From contig JAULAX010000015.1 in the NCBI GenBank assembly GCA_032654565.1, forward strand, positions 896,001 to 960,000: a stretch of DNA of 64,000 nt, written 5' to 3'. Both the position numbers and the translations under genes were made by a program. This document shows positions 1-9,006 of the stretch, in pieces (the first letter of the stretch is position 1; every line of letters starts with the position of its first letter). The notes under the pieces were generated by a model, which saw only the letters and a program-made list of their open reading frames with translations, was not told the DNA's origin and ran no database searches. The DNA is from Anaeromyxobacteraceae bacterium. Lineage in GTDB: Bacteria; Myxococcota; Myxococcia; Myxococcales; Anaeromyxobacteraceae.

Positions 1-60
1 CTTGATCCTCGCCCCGTCCATCCCGCTCATCCCGTCGAACCCGTCCAGGTCGTTGTTCAT
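1..60 (-). CDS. ftsZ: Cell division protein FtsZ, 5' end only (continues off the window)
   Basis: Reverse strand reads MNNDLDGFDGMSGMDGARIK from ATG at 60, immediately downstream of ftsA; ARIK typically precedes the FtsZ VIGVGGGG motif. Confidence 0.8.
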   Translation of the reverse strand, partial: MNNDLDGFDGMSGMDGARIK

Positions 61-78
61 GTGCTGGTCCCCCGCGGC

Positions 79-1308
79 CTAGAAGATCTCACCGAGCCAC
101 TGCTTCATCCGGTCCTTCACCTTGCGGTAGACGTTCTCCTCGCGGATCTTGAAGTACGGGCTGCCGGCCCGCTGCTTGGCCCCGTAGATCACCAGGCCGA
201 CCGCGGTGGCGTACATGGGGCTCTTGACCACGTCCACCAGCCCGCCGATGTGGCGCGGCATGCCGCGGCGCACCGGCATCCCCAGCACCTCCTCGGCCAT
301 CTCCGCCATGCCCTCCAGCAGCGTCGAGCCGCCGGTGATGACCACCCCGGAGGCCAGCAGCTCCTCCATGCCGGCCTTCTGGATCTCGTGCTGCACCAGC
401 ATGAAGATCTCCTCGACGCGCGGCTCGATGATCTCGGCGAGGATGTGGCGGGAGAGGATGCGCGGGGCGCCGCCGCCGACGCTGGGGACCTCGATGGTCT
501 CGCTGCCATCCACCTTCTTGGCGTTGGCGTGGCCGTACTGCTTCTTGATCCGCTCGGCCTCGTGGGTGGGGGTGCGCAGCCCGATGGCCACGTCGTTGGT
601 GAGGTGGTTGCCGCCCAGCGAGATCACCGCGGTGTGGCGGATGGAGCCGTCGTGGAAGATGGCGATGTCGGTGGTGCCGCCGCCGATGTCCACCAGGCAG
701 ACGCCCAGCTCCTTCTCGTCCTCGCAGAGGGTGGCCAGCGACGAGGCCAGCGGCTGCAGCACGATGTCGGAGACGTTGAGCCCGGTCCGCTGGGCGCACT
801 TGACGATGTTCTGGGCCGAGGAGACGGCGCCGGTGACGATCAGCGCCCGGGCCTCCAGCCGCACCCCGCTCATGCCGATGGGGTCCTTGATGCCGTCCTG
901 GTCGTCGACCACGAACTCCTGGGGGAGGACGTGGATGACCTCGCGGTCGAGCGGGATGGCCACCGCCTTGGCCTGCTCGATGACCCGGTCGACGTCCTGG
1001 GCCCGGACCTCCTTGTCCTTCACCGAGACCACGCCGTGGGAGGGGAAGGCCTTGATGTGGCCGCCGGCGATGCCGGTGTAGACCGTGGAGATCTCGCACC
1101 CGGCCATGTGCTCGGCCTCCTCGATGGCCCGCTTGATGGAGGCGACGGTGGCGTCGATGTTGACCACCACCCCCTTGCGCAGCCCCTTCGACGGGTGGGT
1201 GCCGATGCCGATGATGTCGATGCCGTCGTCGGTGATCTCACCGACGATGGCGCAGATCTTGGTGGTGCCGATGTCCAGCCCGACCAGGACGTCTCCGCTC
1301 TTTGCCAT
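79..1308 (-). CDS. ftsA: Cell division protein FtsA
   Basis: GLDIGTTKI, VDIGGGTTD and ITGGS actin-like motifs; dcw position. Confidence 0.97.
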   Translation of the reverse strand: MAKSGDVLVGLDIGTTKICAIVGEITDDGIDIIGIGTHPSKGLRKGVVVNIDATVASIKRAIEEAEHMAGCEISTVYTGIAGGHIKAFPSHGVVSVKDKEVRAQDVDRVIEQAKAVAIPLDREVIHVLPQEFVVDDQDGIKDPIGMSGVRLEARALIVTGAVSSAQNIVKCAQRTGLNVSDIVLQPLASSLATLCEDEKELGVCLVDIGGGTTDIAIFHDGSIRHTAVISLGGNHLTNDVAIGLRTPTHEAERIKKQYGHANAKKVDGSETIEVPSVGGGAPRILSRHILAEIIEPRVEEIFMLVQHEIQKAGMEELLASGVVITGGSTLLEGMAEMAEEVLGMPVRRGMPRHIGGLVDVVKSPMYATAVGLVIYGAKQRAGSPYFKIREENVYRKVKDRMKQWLGEIF

Positions 1309-1359
1309 GGTTGAATCCTCCAGGCGGAAGGCGCGCCGCGCCCACGCCGATTCGCTTCG

Positions 1360-2211
1360 TCAGGGCCCTCTCGGACCCCGCCCATCCACCACGCCCGTCC
1401 GCCCCTTGACCCGCACCGCCACCCAGTCCGGGTGGCGCCGGTTGTCGAGGTGGATCACCTCGCCCTGCACCCCGTCCGTCTCCAGCCGTGCCAGCAGCAC
1501 GTCCAGCCGCTCCAGCTTGCGGGGCAGGTCTCCCTGCCCCAGCCGGATCTCCATCCCGTCGTCACCCGCGTAGACCGTGGTCCCCAGCACCGGGTCGAGG
1601 TGCACCTCGGAGACGGCGGCGCGCCGGTCGAGACCGGCCTCCCGCCAGCGCCCCAGCAGCCCGAGCGCGCTGCGCAGCCGGTGCTCCTCGCCGCCGTCGT
1701 CCCGCCGCGCCTCGAAGGCCTCACGGGTCAGCCCGGTCACCACCGGCAGGTCCAGCCCGTCGCCGGGCGCCGCCCGCTTGTAGACCTGGCCGGTGGTGTC
1801 CACCAGGTAGAGGCCGCCCAGCTCCACCAGCGCCGCCGCCTGCCGCTCGGTCACCACCACCTCGAGCGCCGGGGGGAGCCGGCGGTGGATCTCCACCGTG
1901 GCCAGCCAGGGGTTGCGCCGCAGGGCCCGGGCCATGGCCTCGGTGTCGGAGAGGAGCAGGTGGTCGCCGGGCCGGACCGGCGAGAGCTCGGCCAGCGCCG
2001 AGGCCGGCACCTGGGAGAGGCCGAGGTAGCGGATCTCCCGGATGCGCAGCAGGTCGCCCCGCACGCCCTCCGACCAGGTGAGCCAGCCGGCGCCGGCGAT
2101 GGCGCCGAGGGTGATCACGGTGGGGAGCACGAGGGCCACGACGCGGCGGAGACGGCGCGCCGTCTCGCCTGGCTGCTTCACCGCCGTCCGCCGGTTTCGA
2201 CCCCGCGCCAC
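1360..2211 (-). CDS. ftsQ: Cell division protein FtsQ/DivIB
   Basis: Basic N-terminal tail, single TM helix, POTRA-like segment (NPWLATVEIHRRLPPALEVVVTER); upstream of ftsA. Confidence 0.9.
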   Translation of the reverse strand: MARGRNRRTAVKQPGETARRLRRVVALVLPTVITLGAIAGAGWLTWSEGVRGDLLRIREIRYLGLSQVPASALAELSPVRPGDHLLLSDTEAMARALRRNPWLATVEIHRRLPPALEVVVTERQAAALVELGGLYLVDTTGQVYKRAAPGDGLDLPVVTGLTREAFEARRDDGGEEHRLRSALGLLGRWREAGLDRRAAVSEVHLDPVLGTTVYAGDDGMEIRLGQGDLPRKLERLDVLLARLETDGVQGEVIHLDNRRHPDWVAVRVKGRTGVVDGRGPRGP

Positions 2212-2454
2212 CCGCCACTCCCCGGCCCGGAGGGCGGCCGAGCTGCCGGCCGCTTCCGGGCGCTATCGCCCAGGGCTGACCTTGCCGCAGAACCCCGGCC
2301 TGTAAAGTTTTCACCTGCCCCGGGGCCCGGCTCCGGCCCCCACGCGGCCAGCCGCCGCGCCCCCCTTTCTTGACGGCCGCCCCGGGCCGGGCCAAGACGG
2401 GACGATATCGGGCAGCCTGGACGCCACCCGCGACCCGAAATGGAGCCTCACGCC

Positions 2455-2796
2455 ATGCGCCTCCTCGCCGCCGCCGCCGCCGTCCTCGCCCTGCTGCTGA
2501 CCGCGGTCCCCACCGGGGCCGGCGACAAGCGGCTGGCGCCGCTCCCCAGGGGTGAGGCCACGGTGGTCCACGGCCCCTTCGAGCAGGGGGCCTGCGACAC
2601 CTGCCACGAGCGCTCCGACGCCGCCAACCCGGGCGCCGCCCGGGCGGGCAACGAGACCTGCCTGGCCTGCCACGACGAGTTCTCCGGCAAGGCGCCGGTC
2701 CGCATCGGCAAGGGCAAGTCCCACCCCGAGGGGAAGGCCACCTGCACCGGCTGCCACAACCCGCACAACGCCAAGAAGAAGAAGCTGCTCCTGTAG
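2455..2796 (+). CDS. Small secreted triheme c-type cytochrome (doubled-CXXCH type)
   Basis: Signal peptide MRLLAAAAAVLALLL; CDTCH, CLACH, CTGCH(NPH); GGAG RBS upstream. Confidence 0.85.
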   Translation: MRLLAAAAAVLALLLTAVPTGAGDKRLAPLPRGEATVVHGPFEQGACDTCHERSDAANPGAARAGNETCLACHDEFSGKAPVRIGKGKSHPEGKATCTGCHNPHNAKKKKLLL

Positions 2797-2994
2797 GGAG
2801 GCTGTAGGTGCTGCACCTCGTCTTCACGACCGCGGGGCCGGTGTGGGAGCTGCCCGTGGGTTCAACGGCTTTCTGGGTTCTGGTTGTCTTTCGTCAAGTC
2901 CCAGGGGGCTCCTCGTCGTAGGATTGCGGCACGCGAACCAACCTGGGAGGGGGGCTTGGTGGGACGCGTGGTTCTCCCCTCCGGAATGGACTCG

Positions 2995-4077
2995 ATGATG
3001 ATGCGGCCCATGCGCGCTTCCTGGCTCCTGCTCCTGCCCGCGGTGCTCCTGGCGGCGCCGGCCCTGGCCGCGCCGCTCAAGACCGAGGTCAACAAGAAGA
3101 CGACCCGGCGTGGCTTCGCCGTGGCGCCGCTGCCGCCAGGGCCGAACGTCAAGTGGTCCCACGGCCCCTACGAGGCCGGCGACTGCTCCATCTGCCACGA
3201 GCGGAACGACCGGGCCAGCCCCGGCCCCATCGCCACCAGCGTCAACGAGCTCTGCTTCTCCTGCCACGAGGAGTTCCAGGGGATCATGGCCCGCAGGTTC
3301 AAGCACGTGCCGGCCGTGGAGACCTGCACCAACTGCCACAACCCGCACAACGCCACCGAGCGCAAGCTGCTGGGCGCCGAGATGGTGGAGATGTGCGTGG
3401 CCTGCCACAAGGGCATCAAGGACCAGATCGTCAACGGCAAGGTCCGCCACGACGCCATCACCACCGGCGAGAAGTGCTCCAACTGCCACAACCCGCACGC
3501 CGCCAACATCGAGAAGCTGCTCATCCAGCTGCCCTTCGACCTGTGCGTCAACTGCCACTCCAAGGACGGCATGGTGGCCGGCGACGGCAAGCCCATGACC
3601 AACTACAAGGCCTGGCTCTCCGACAACAAGGTCTGGCACGAGCCGGTCAAGGCCAAGGACTGCTCGGCCTGCCACCGCACCCACGGCGGCAGCAACTTCC
3701 GCCTGCTGGTGGCCCCCTACCCGTCGGCCTTCTACGCCCCCTACGAGAACAAGGCCTACGCGCTCTGCTACGGCTGCCACAACGACAAGGTGGTGTCGGT
3801 GCCGGAGACCACGACCCTGACCGGCTTCCGCGACGGCTCGCGCAACCTGCACTACGTCCACGTCCACAAGGAGCGCGGCAGGACCTGCCGCGCCTGCCAC
3901 GAGGTCCACGCCTCCAAGCAGGACCACCACATCCGCGAAGGGGTGCCCTACGGCCCCAAGGCCTGGATGCTGAAGATCAACTACACCCGGCTGCCCAACG
4001 GCGGGTCGTGCGCCAAGACCTGCCACGACACCAAGACCTACAACAACAAGACGCTCACCAGCTCCGCGCCGAAGTAG
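2995..4077 (+). CDS. Secreted multiheme c-type cytochrome, 9 CXXCH plus 1 CX3CH (start uncertain, 2986-3010)
   Basis: Signal peptide; CSICH, CFSCH, CTNCH, CVACH, CSNCH, CVNCH, CSACH, CYGCH, CRACH, CAKTCH; repeated CxxCHxxH-(x~15)-CxxCH units. Confidence 0.9.
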   Translation: MMMRPMRASWLLLLPAVLLAAPALAAPLKTEVNKKTTRRGFAVAPLPPGPNVKWSHGPYEAGDCSICHERNDRASPGPIATSVNELCFSCHEEFQGIMARRFKHVPAVETCTNCHNPHNATERKLLGAEMVEMCVACHKGIKDQIVNGKVRHDAITTGEKCSNCHNPHAANIEKLLIQLPFDLCVNCHSKDGMVAGDGKPMTNYKAWLSDNKVWHEPVKAKDCSACHRTHGGSNFRLLVAPYPSAFYAPYENKAYALCYGCHNDKVVSVPETTTLTGFRDGSRNLHYVHVHKERGRTCRACHEVHASKQDHHIREGVPYGPKAWMLKINYTRLPNGGSCAKTCHDTKTYNNKTLTSSAPK

Positions 4078-4089
4078 GTCGGAGGGCCG

Positions 4090-4911
4090 ATGTCGCGCCG
4101 GCTCTCCGCCTGGTTGATCGCCGGGGCCCTGGCCGGCGTCGGGGGTCCCCGGACCGCCCGGGCCTTCTCCAACCTCGCCGTCGGCGAGGTGATGGCCAAC
4201 GCCAGGCTGGCCCAGCTGGCCGGGGGGAGCGCCGAGGTGCTCTCCGCGGCCGCCACCGTCAACCTCTTCGTCTTCTTCCGGCCGGGGCAGGACCACTCGC
4301 TGCAGGCGCTCAAGCAGCTGGCCAGGCTGCAGCGCGAGTTCGCCGCCCGGCCGGTCCGCATGGTGGCGGTGGTCTCCGACGGCTGGCCGGCCGACGAGGT
4401 GCGGGCCACCGTGACCGAGGCCGGCTTCACCGGGCCGGTGCTGGTCGACGCCGGCGACGCCCTCTACGGCGCCCTCGGCGTCCGGCTCCACCCGGTGGTG
4501 GGGCTGGCCGACCGCCACTTCAGGCTGACCGCCTACGAGCACTTCCGCCAGATCAACTACGCCGAGATCCTGCGGGGGCGCATCCGCGTCGGGCTGGGCG
4601 ACGCCACCGAGGCCGAGATGGTCCGGGTGCTGGAGCCGGAGAAGGCCACCACCGGCTCGCCCCAGGCCGAGGCCCGCCGCTACTTCAACCTGGCCCGGGT
4701 GCTCTGGCAGAAGAGGAACGCCGCCAAGGCGCTGGAGGCGGTGCAGCGCAGCAACGCCATCGTCCCCACCGCGCCGGCCCTGGCGCTGCAGGGGCAGCTG
4801 CTCGCCGCCGGGGGGGACTGCCCGGGGGCCCGGCCCCTCTTCGACCGGGCCTTGAAGATCGATCCCGCCGAGACCGTCGCCATCCAGGGGCTGAAGGCCT
4901 GCGCCCGCTAG
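4090..4911 (+). CDS. Secreted redoxin (thioredoxin-fold)-like plus TPR protein, paralogue 1
   Basis: Signal peptide; AhpC/TlpA-like pattern (LFVFFRPGQ...VLVDAGDALYGALGVRLHP) without CXXC; C-terminal TPR-like helices (FDRALKIDP). Confidence 0.7.
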   Translation: MSRRLSAWLIAGALAGVGGPRTARAFSNLAVGEVMANARLAQLAGGSAEVLSAAATVNLFVFFRPGQDHSLQALKQLARLQREFAARPVRMVAVVSDGWPADEVRATVTEAGFTGPVLVDAGDALYGALGVRLHPVVGLADRHFRLTAYEHFRQINYAEILRGRIRVGLGDATEAEMVRVLEPEKATTGSPQAEARRYFNLARVLWQKRNAAKALEAVQRSNAIVPTAPALALQGQLLAAGGDCPGARPLFDRALKIDPAETVAIQGLKACAR

Positions 4912-4942
4912 CGTCGCCAGCACCGCCACCGAGAGGTCCACC

Positions 4943-5767
4943 ATGCGCCGATGCCTCGCCCTCCTCCTCCTCGCCGCCTTGACCGGGCTCTCGGCCGCGC
5001 CCTTCGTGGCCCACGCCCACGCCGAGGTGGGCACGGCGGTGCCCGGCCTGGAGCTGGCGGCGCTGAGCGGCGAGCGGATCAAGCTCCTCGACCCCCGGGC
5101 CAGGGTGACGGTGCTGGTCTTCGTCCGGGCCGGCCACGACCGCTCGCTCGACGCCTTGAAGGCCATGGCCCGGTGCGAGAAGGAGCTGGCCGGGAAGCCG
5201 GTCCGCTTCGTCGGCATCCTGCCAGCCGACACCCAGCCCGCCGAGGCCAAGGCCCTGGCGGTGGCCGCCGGCGTCAGGATGGCGCTGGTCTTCGACGCCA
5301 ACGACGCCCTCTACGACAAGCTGCTGGTGCGGCTCCACCCGGTCATCTTCCTCGTCGACGCCAAGGGCAAGGTGGCCGACTTCGAGCAGTACCGGCAGAT
5401 CGACTACTGCGAGGTGATCTCGGCGCGCATCCGCTTCATGCTCGGGGAGCTCGACCAGGCCCGGCTCGACGCCATCGTCGAGCCGCCCCGCAACTCCATG
5501 CCCGGCGACGATCCCCGCGACGTCTCCAACCGCGACCTCAACCTGGGGCGCCGCCAGCTCAAGATCAAGCAGTACGACAAGGCCATCGCCAGCGCCAACA
5601 AGGCCCTGGGGGTGGCCCCCAGCGCCGGGGCCTTCGCCCTGCTCGGCGACGTGGCCGCGGCCAGGGGGAGCTGCGCCGCCGCCCTGAAGCACTACGACCA
5701 GGCCCTCAAGCTCGACCCGGCCGAGAAGTACGCCCTGGAAGGGAAGCGGGCCTGCGCCGGGAAGTAG
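4943..5767 (+). CDS. Secreted redoxin-like plus TPR protein, paralogue 2
   Basis: AxA signal (AHAHA); VGTAVPGLELAALSGE redoxin-type N-terminus; TPR (YDQALKLDP); clear paralogy with both neighbours. Confidence 0.7.
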   Translation: MRRCLALLLLAALTGLSAAPFVAHAHAEVGTAVPGLELAALSGERIKLLDPRARVTVLVFVRAGHDRSLDALKAMARCEKELAGKPVRFVGILPADTQPAEAKALAVAAGVRMALVFDANDALYDKLLVRLHPVIFLVDAKGKVADFEQYRQIDYCEVISARIRFMLGELDQARLDAIVEPPRNSMPGDDPRDVSNRDLNLGRRQLKIKQYDKAIASANKALGVAPSAGAFALLGDVAAARGSCAAALKHYDQALKLDPAEKYALEGKRACAGK

Positions 5768-5822
5768 TCCCTGCTGTTTTTCCAACCATCGCCTCCGTCG
5801 GGGTGCGATCATTCGCCGCGCC

Positions 5823-6644
5823 ATGAAGACCACCTTCCGCCTTGCCTTGATCGCGGTCGCCACCGTGCTGGCCGCCCCGTTCGCCGCCCACGCCCACGCC
5901 GAGGCGGGCACGGCCATCGACAACGTCGAGCTCAGGACCATCGGAGGCGGCAAGGCGCGGCTGCTCTCGGCCAAGGCCAAGGCCAACATCCTGGTCTTCT
6001 TCCGCACCGGGCAGGAGCGCTCCTTCGACGCCCTGAAGATGCTGGCCGCCTGCGAGAAGGAGATGGCCGGCAAGCCGGTCCACTGGGTCGGCCTGGTCTC
6101 CTCCACCGAGGTGACCGCCGAGGTCCAGGACCTGGTGACCCGGACCGGCATCGCCATGCCGGTGCTCATCGACGAGGACGACAAGGTCTACGGGGCGCTG
6201 GGCATCCGGCTCCACCCCATGGTCGGGATCGCCGACGGCAAGTTCAAGCTCTCCAGCGTGGAGATGTACCGGCAGATCGACTACTGCGACATCATCAAGG
6301 GGCGCATCAAGGTGATGCTGGGCGAGCTCGACGCCGCCGGGATGGAGCTGCTGCTCAACCCGGCCAAGGGGACCATGCCCGGCGACGACATCCGCGACGT
6401 GGCCCGGCGCGACGTCAACCTGGGCCGGCGGCAGCTCAAGATCCAGCAGTACGACAAGGCGCTGCAGAGCGCCAACAAGGCGCTGGAGAAGGCCCCCATG
6501 GCCTCGGCCTTCGCCCTCATCGGCGACGTCCACGCCGCCCGGGGGAACTGCGCCGCCGCCGTGAAGCAGTACGACCAGGCCCTCAAGCTCGATCCCCGGG
6601 AGAAGTACGCCCTGGAGGGGAAGAAGGCCTGCGCCGGGAAGTAG
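5823..6644 (+). CDS. Secreted redoxin-like plus TPR protein, paralogue 3
   Basis: Same architecture; C-terminal ~80 aa nearly identical to paralogue 2. Confidence 0.7.
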   Translation: MKTTFRLALIAVATVLAAPFAAHAHAEAGTAIDNVELRTIGGGKARLLSAKAKANILVFFRTGQERSFDALKMLAACEKEMAGKPVHWVGLVSSTEVTAEVQDLVTRTGIAMPVLIDEDDKVYGALGIRLHPMVGIADGKFKLSSVEMYRQIDYCDIIKGRIKVMLGELDAAGMELLLNPAKGTMPGDDIRDVARRDVNLGRRQLKIQQYDKALQSANKALEKAPMASAFALIGDVHAARGNCAAAVKQYDQALKLDPREKYALEGKKACAGK

Positions 6645-6883
6645 GCGTGCCAGGCGGTTCCGTCGCTGTGGCGAGAGGCGCGGCGAGTGGGGGTGCATGC
6701 GGTCGGGGCTGCCGGGGACGATCGGCGGGCGACGGGCGACGAGCGGGCTTCCGGCAGCGGGGAGTGGTGAGCGCAGCAGAGTCGGAGCCAACAGCCGACC
6801 TGGCCCGCGAATGGCCGTCCTTGTTGGGTTCCATGGATGTCCGCCAGCCCGGAAATGTCAGACCCGCATGAGACGATTCGTGA

Positions 6884-7926
6884 ATGTTCAACCACGCGCA
6901 CCCGACCCTGTCCTCGGCCGCGGCTTCGACGCACGGAGCGGCCTCCCCGGCCCTCGAACTCTGTGACGCTCGCCAGGCTCGCGACGGACTGGCTACGCTG
7001 CTGCGCGCCGAGCGGTCCGCCGCAGCCGAGTTCCTGCTCGCCCTGGCACACTTCGACCGCAACCGCGGCTGGGAGGTGCTTGGCCACGCCAGCCTCTTCG
7101 CCTTCCTCAATGTAGAACTCGGGCTCTCCAAGGGCGGGGCCTTCTTCCGGCAGACGGCAGCTCGCCTGCTCCAGCGCTTCCCGGATCTCATCGATCCGCT
7201 CCGCGACGGGCGCCTGTGCATCACCACCGTGTTCGAACTTTCCAAGGTCCTGACCGAGGCCAACCGTACGGAGGTGGTGCCTCGATTCTTCGGTTGTTCC
7301 TCGCAACAGGCAAGGGAGCTGGTGGCGACGCTCGCACCCGTCACCAACCCGCCGGTCCGGGCCGTGGTGACGCTCCTGGAGTCCCCTCGGTTGGTCGAGG
7401 CGGTTCGGCCGAGCGAGCTGGTTACGCCAGCAGCGCTCGAGCTGCAGGCACCCCAGGCCATACGATCGATCAAGACGGTTCAGTCAACTGAACTCAGTTT
7501 TACCCAGCCCGAACGGGTCGTCGCCTCCCGCGACGACGTCGAGCCCCTCACCGCCGACCTGCGCAGGCTCCACATCACGGTGGACGCGCAGTTCCTGAAG
7601 ATGCTCGACACCGCCAGGGACGGCCTCTCGCACCGCATCCCCGGCGCCAGCACATCCCCGCCGCGATCTCCCGCGCAGTCTGGCAACGCGACGGTGGCCG
7701 CTGCTCGTGGCCGCTCGACGGCGGCGGCACCTGCGGCTCGACGCACCGGCTGGAGCTCGACCACATCGTCCCGTGGGCGCGCTGGGGCGGCGAGACGATC
7801 GATGACCTCCGGATCGTGTGCAGAGCCCACAACGCCTTGGCGGCGCGGCGGGCCTTCGGAGACCGGTGCGCGGCGAGGTACGGGGGACGATCGCGCCAGG
7901 GGAGTCCGGCAGGCTGCGCGGACTGA
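6884..7926 (+). pseudogene. Frameshifted HNH endonuclease-domain protein (DUF222-like N-terminus)
   Basis: Frame from 6884 reads ...DGLSHRIPGAST to ~7650; a different frame from 7651 reads HIPAAISRAVWQRDGGRCSWPLDGGGTCGSTHRLELDHIVPWARWGGETIDDLRIVCRAHN to TGA at 7926 and has no start codon of its own. Confidence 0.8.
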
Positions 7927-8036
7927 CCACGACCCAGTCGTTCAGCGATGCGCTCGGGGGGAAGCGATTCAACCCGCCGTTCCCGTGATTCCGGACTCAC
8001 CAGCCGAGCCGGCCCGAGCGTCTGCTCCGCCCGCCC

Positions 8037-8963
8037 TCAGCTCTTCAGCGCCGCCCCGTCGAGGAGCCGCTCGCAGAGCTCGGGGAAGGGGATGCCGTTG
8101 CCGGCCGCGATCTTCGGCACCAGCGACGAGGCGGTCATGCCCGGCAGGGTGTTGACCTCGAGGATCCAGGCGGTGCCGCCGGCGTCGAGGATGAAGTCGG
8201 TCCGGGTCACCCCGGCGCAGCCGAGGCCGCGGTGGGCCAGCTCGGCCGCCTCCATCAGCTTGCGGGTGTCGGACTCGTGGATCCGGGCCGGGTAGAAATA
8301 CTGGGTGGTGCCGGCGGTGTACTTGGCGGCGTAGTCGTAGAACTCGTTGGCCGGGACCACCTCGATGACCCCCATGGCCTTGCCGTCCAGCACCGCCACC
8401 TGCACCTCCTTGCCCTTCACGTAGCGCTCGACGATGACGTCGCCCTTCCAGCGGGCCGCCTCGACGCAGGCGGCGGCCAGGTGGGTGGGGTCCTTCACCA
8501 GCGAGACGCCCACGCTGGAGCCCTCGCAGGCCGGCTTCACCACCACCGGGAAGGTGAAGGGGAAGTCCTTGCCGTGCAGCGCCGCCGCCTGCTCCGGGGG
8601 GAAGACCCGGTAGTCGGTCACCGCCAGGCCGAGGCTCTTGAAGAGCAGCTTGGAGAGCACCTTGTCCATGCCCACCGCCGAGGCCAGCACCCCGGAGCCG
8701 GTGTAGGGGATCCCCAGCGACTCCAGCAGCCCCTGGATGCTGCCGTCCTCGCCGTAGCGCCCGTGCAGGGCCACGAAGGCCACCGCCGCCCCGCAGGCGC
8801 GCAGCCGCTCGGCCACGTCGAGGCCGACGTCCACCAGCGTCACGTCGAGCCCGCGCGAGCGCAGCGCCTCGGCGCAGGCCGTCCCGGTCTTCAGCGAGAC
8901 CTCGCGCTCCGAGGAGCGGCCGCCGTGGAGCACCGCCACCTTCTTGCCCGTCCACTTGCCCAT
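8037..8963 (-). CDS. ddl: D-alanine--D-alanine ligase
   Basis: GGRSSEREVSL, LHGRYGEDG, EGSSVG, YDYAAKY, EVNTLPG. Confidence 0.97.
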   Translation of the reverse strand: MGKWTGKKVAVLHGGRSSEREVSLKTGTACAEALRSRGLDVTLVDVGLDVAERLRACGAAVAFVALHGRYGEDGSIQGLLESLGIPYTGSGVLASAVGMDKVLSKLLFKSLGLAVTDYRVFPPEQAAALHGKDFPFTFPVVVKPACEGSSVGVSLVKDPTHLAAACVEAARWKGDVIVERYVKGKEVQVAVLDGKAMGVIEVVPANEFYDYAAKYTAGTTQYFYPARIHESDTRKLMEAAELAHRGLGCAGVTRTDFILDAGGTAWILEVNTLPGMTASSLVPKIAAGNGIPFPELCERLLDGAALKS

Positions 8964-9006
8964 GGTTCCTCCCGCCGCCCGGGTTGGCCGGGGCGGCGCT
9001 CCCCGT

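Noticed and set aside
5460..6644. Near-identical DNA stretches at ~5500-5767 and ~6380-6644 as mobile-element repeats
   Set aside because: They are the coding 3' ends of two paralogous genes.
7492..7660. Programmed -1 frameshift in the HNH gene
   Set aside because: No X-XXY-YYZ slippery heptamer at the switch point, and the linker appears to be missing, which favours a deletion.
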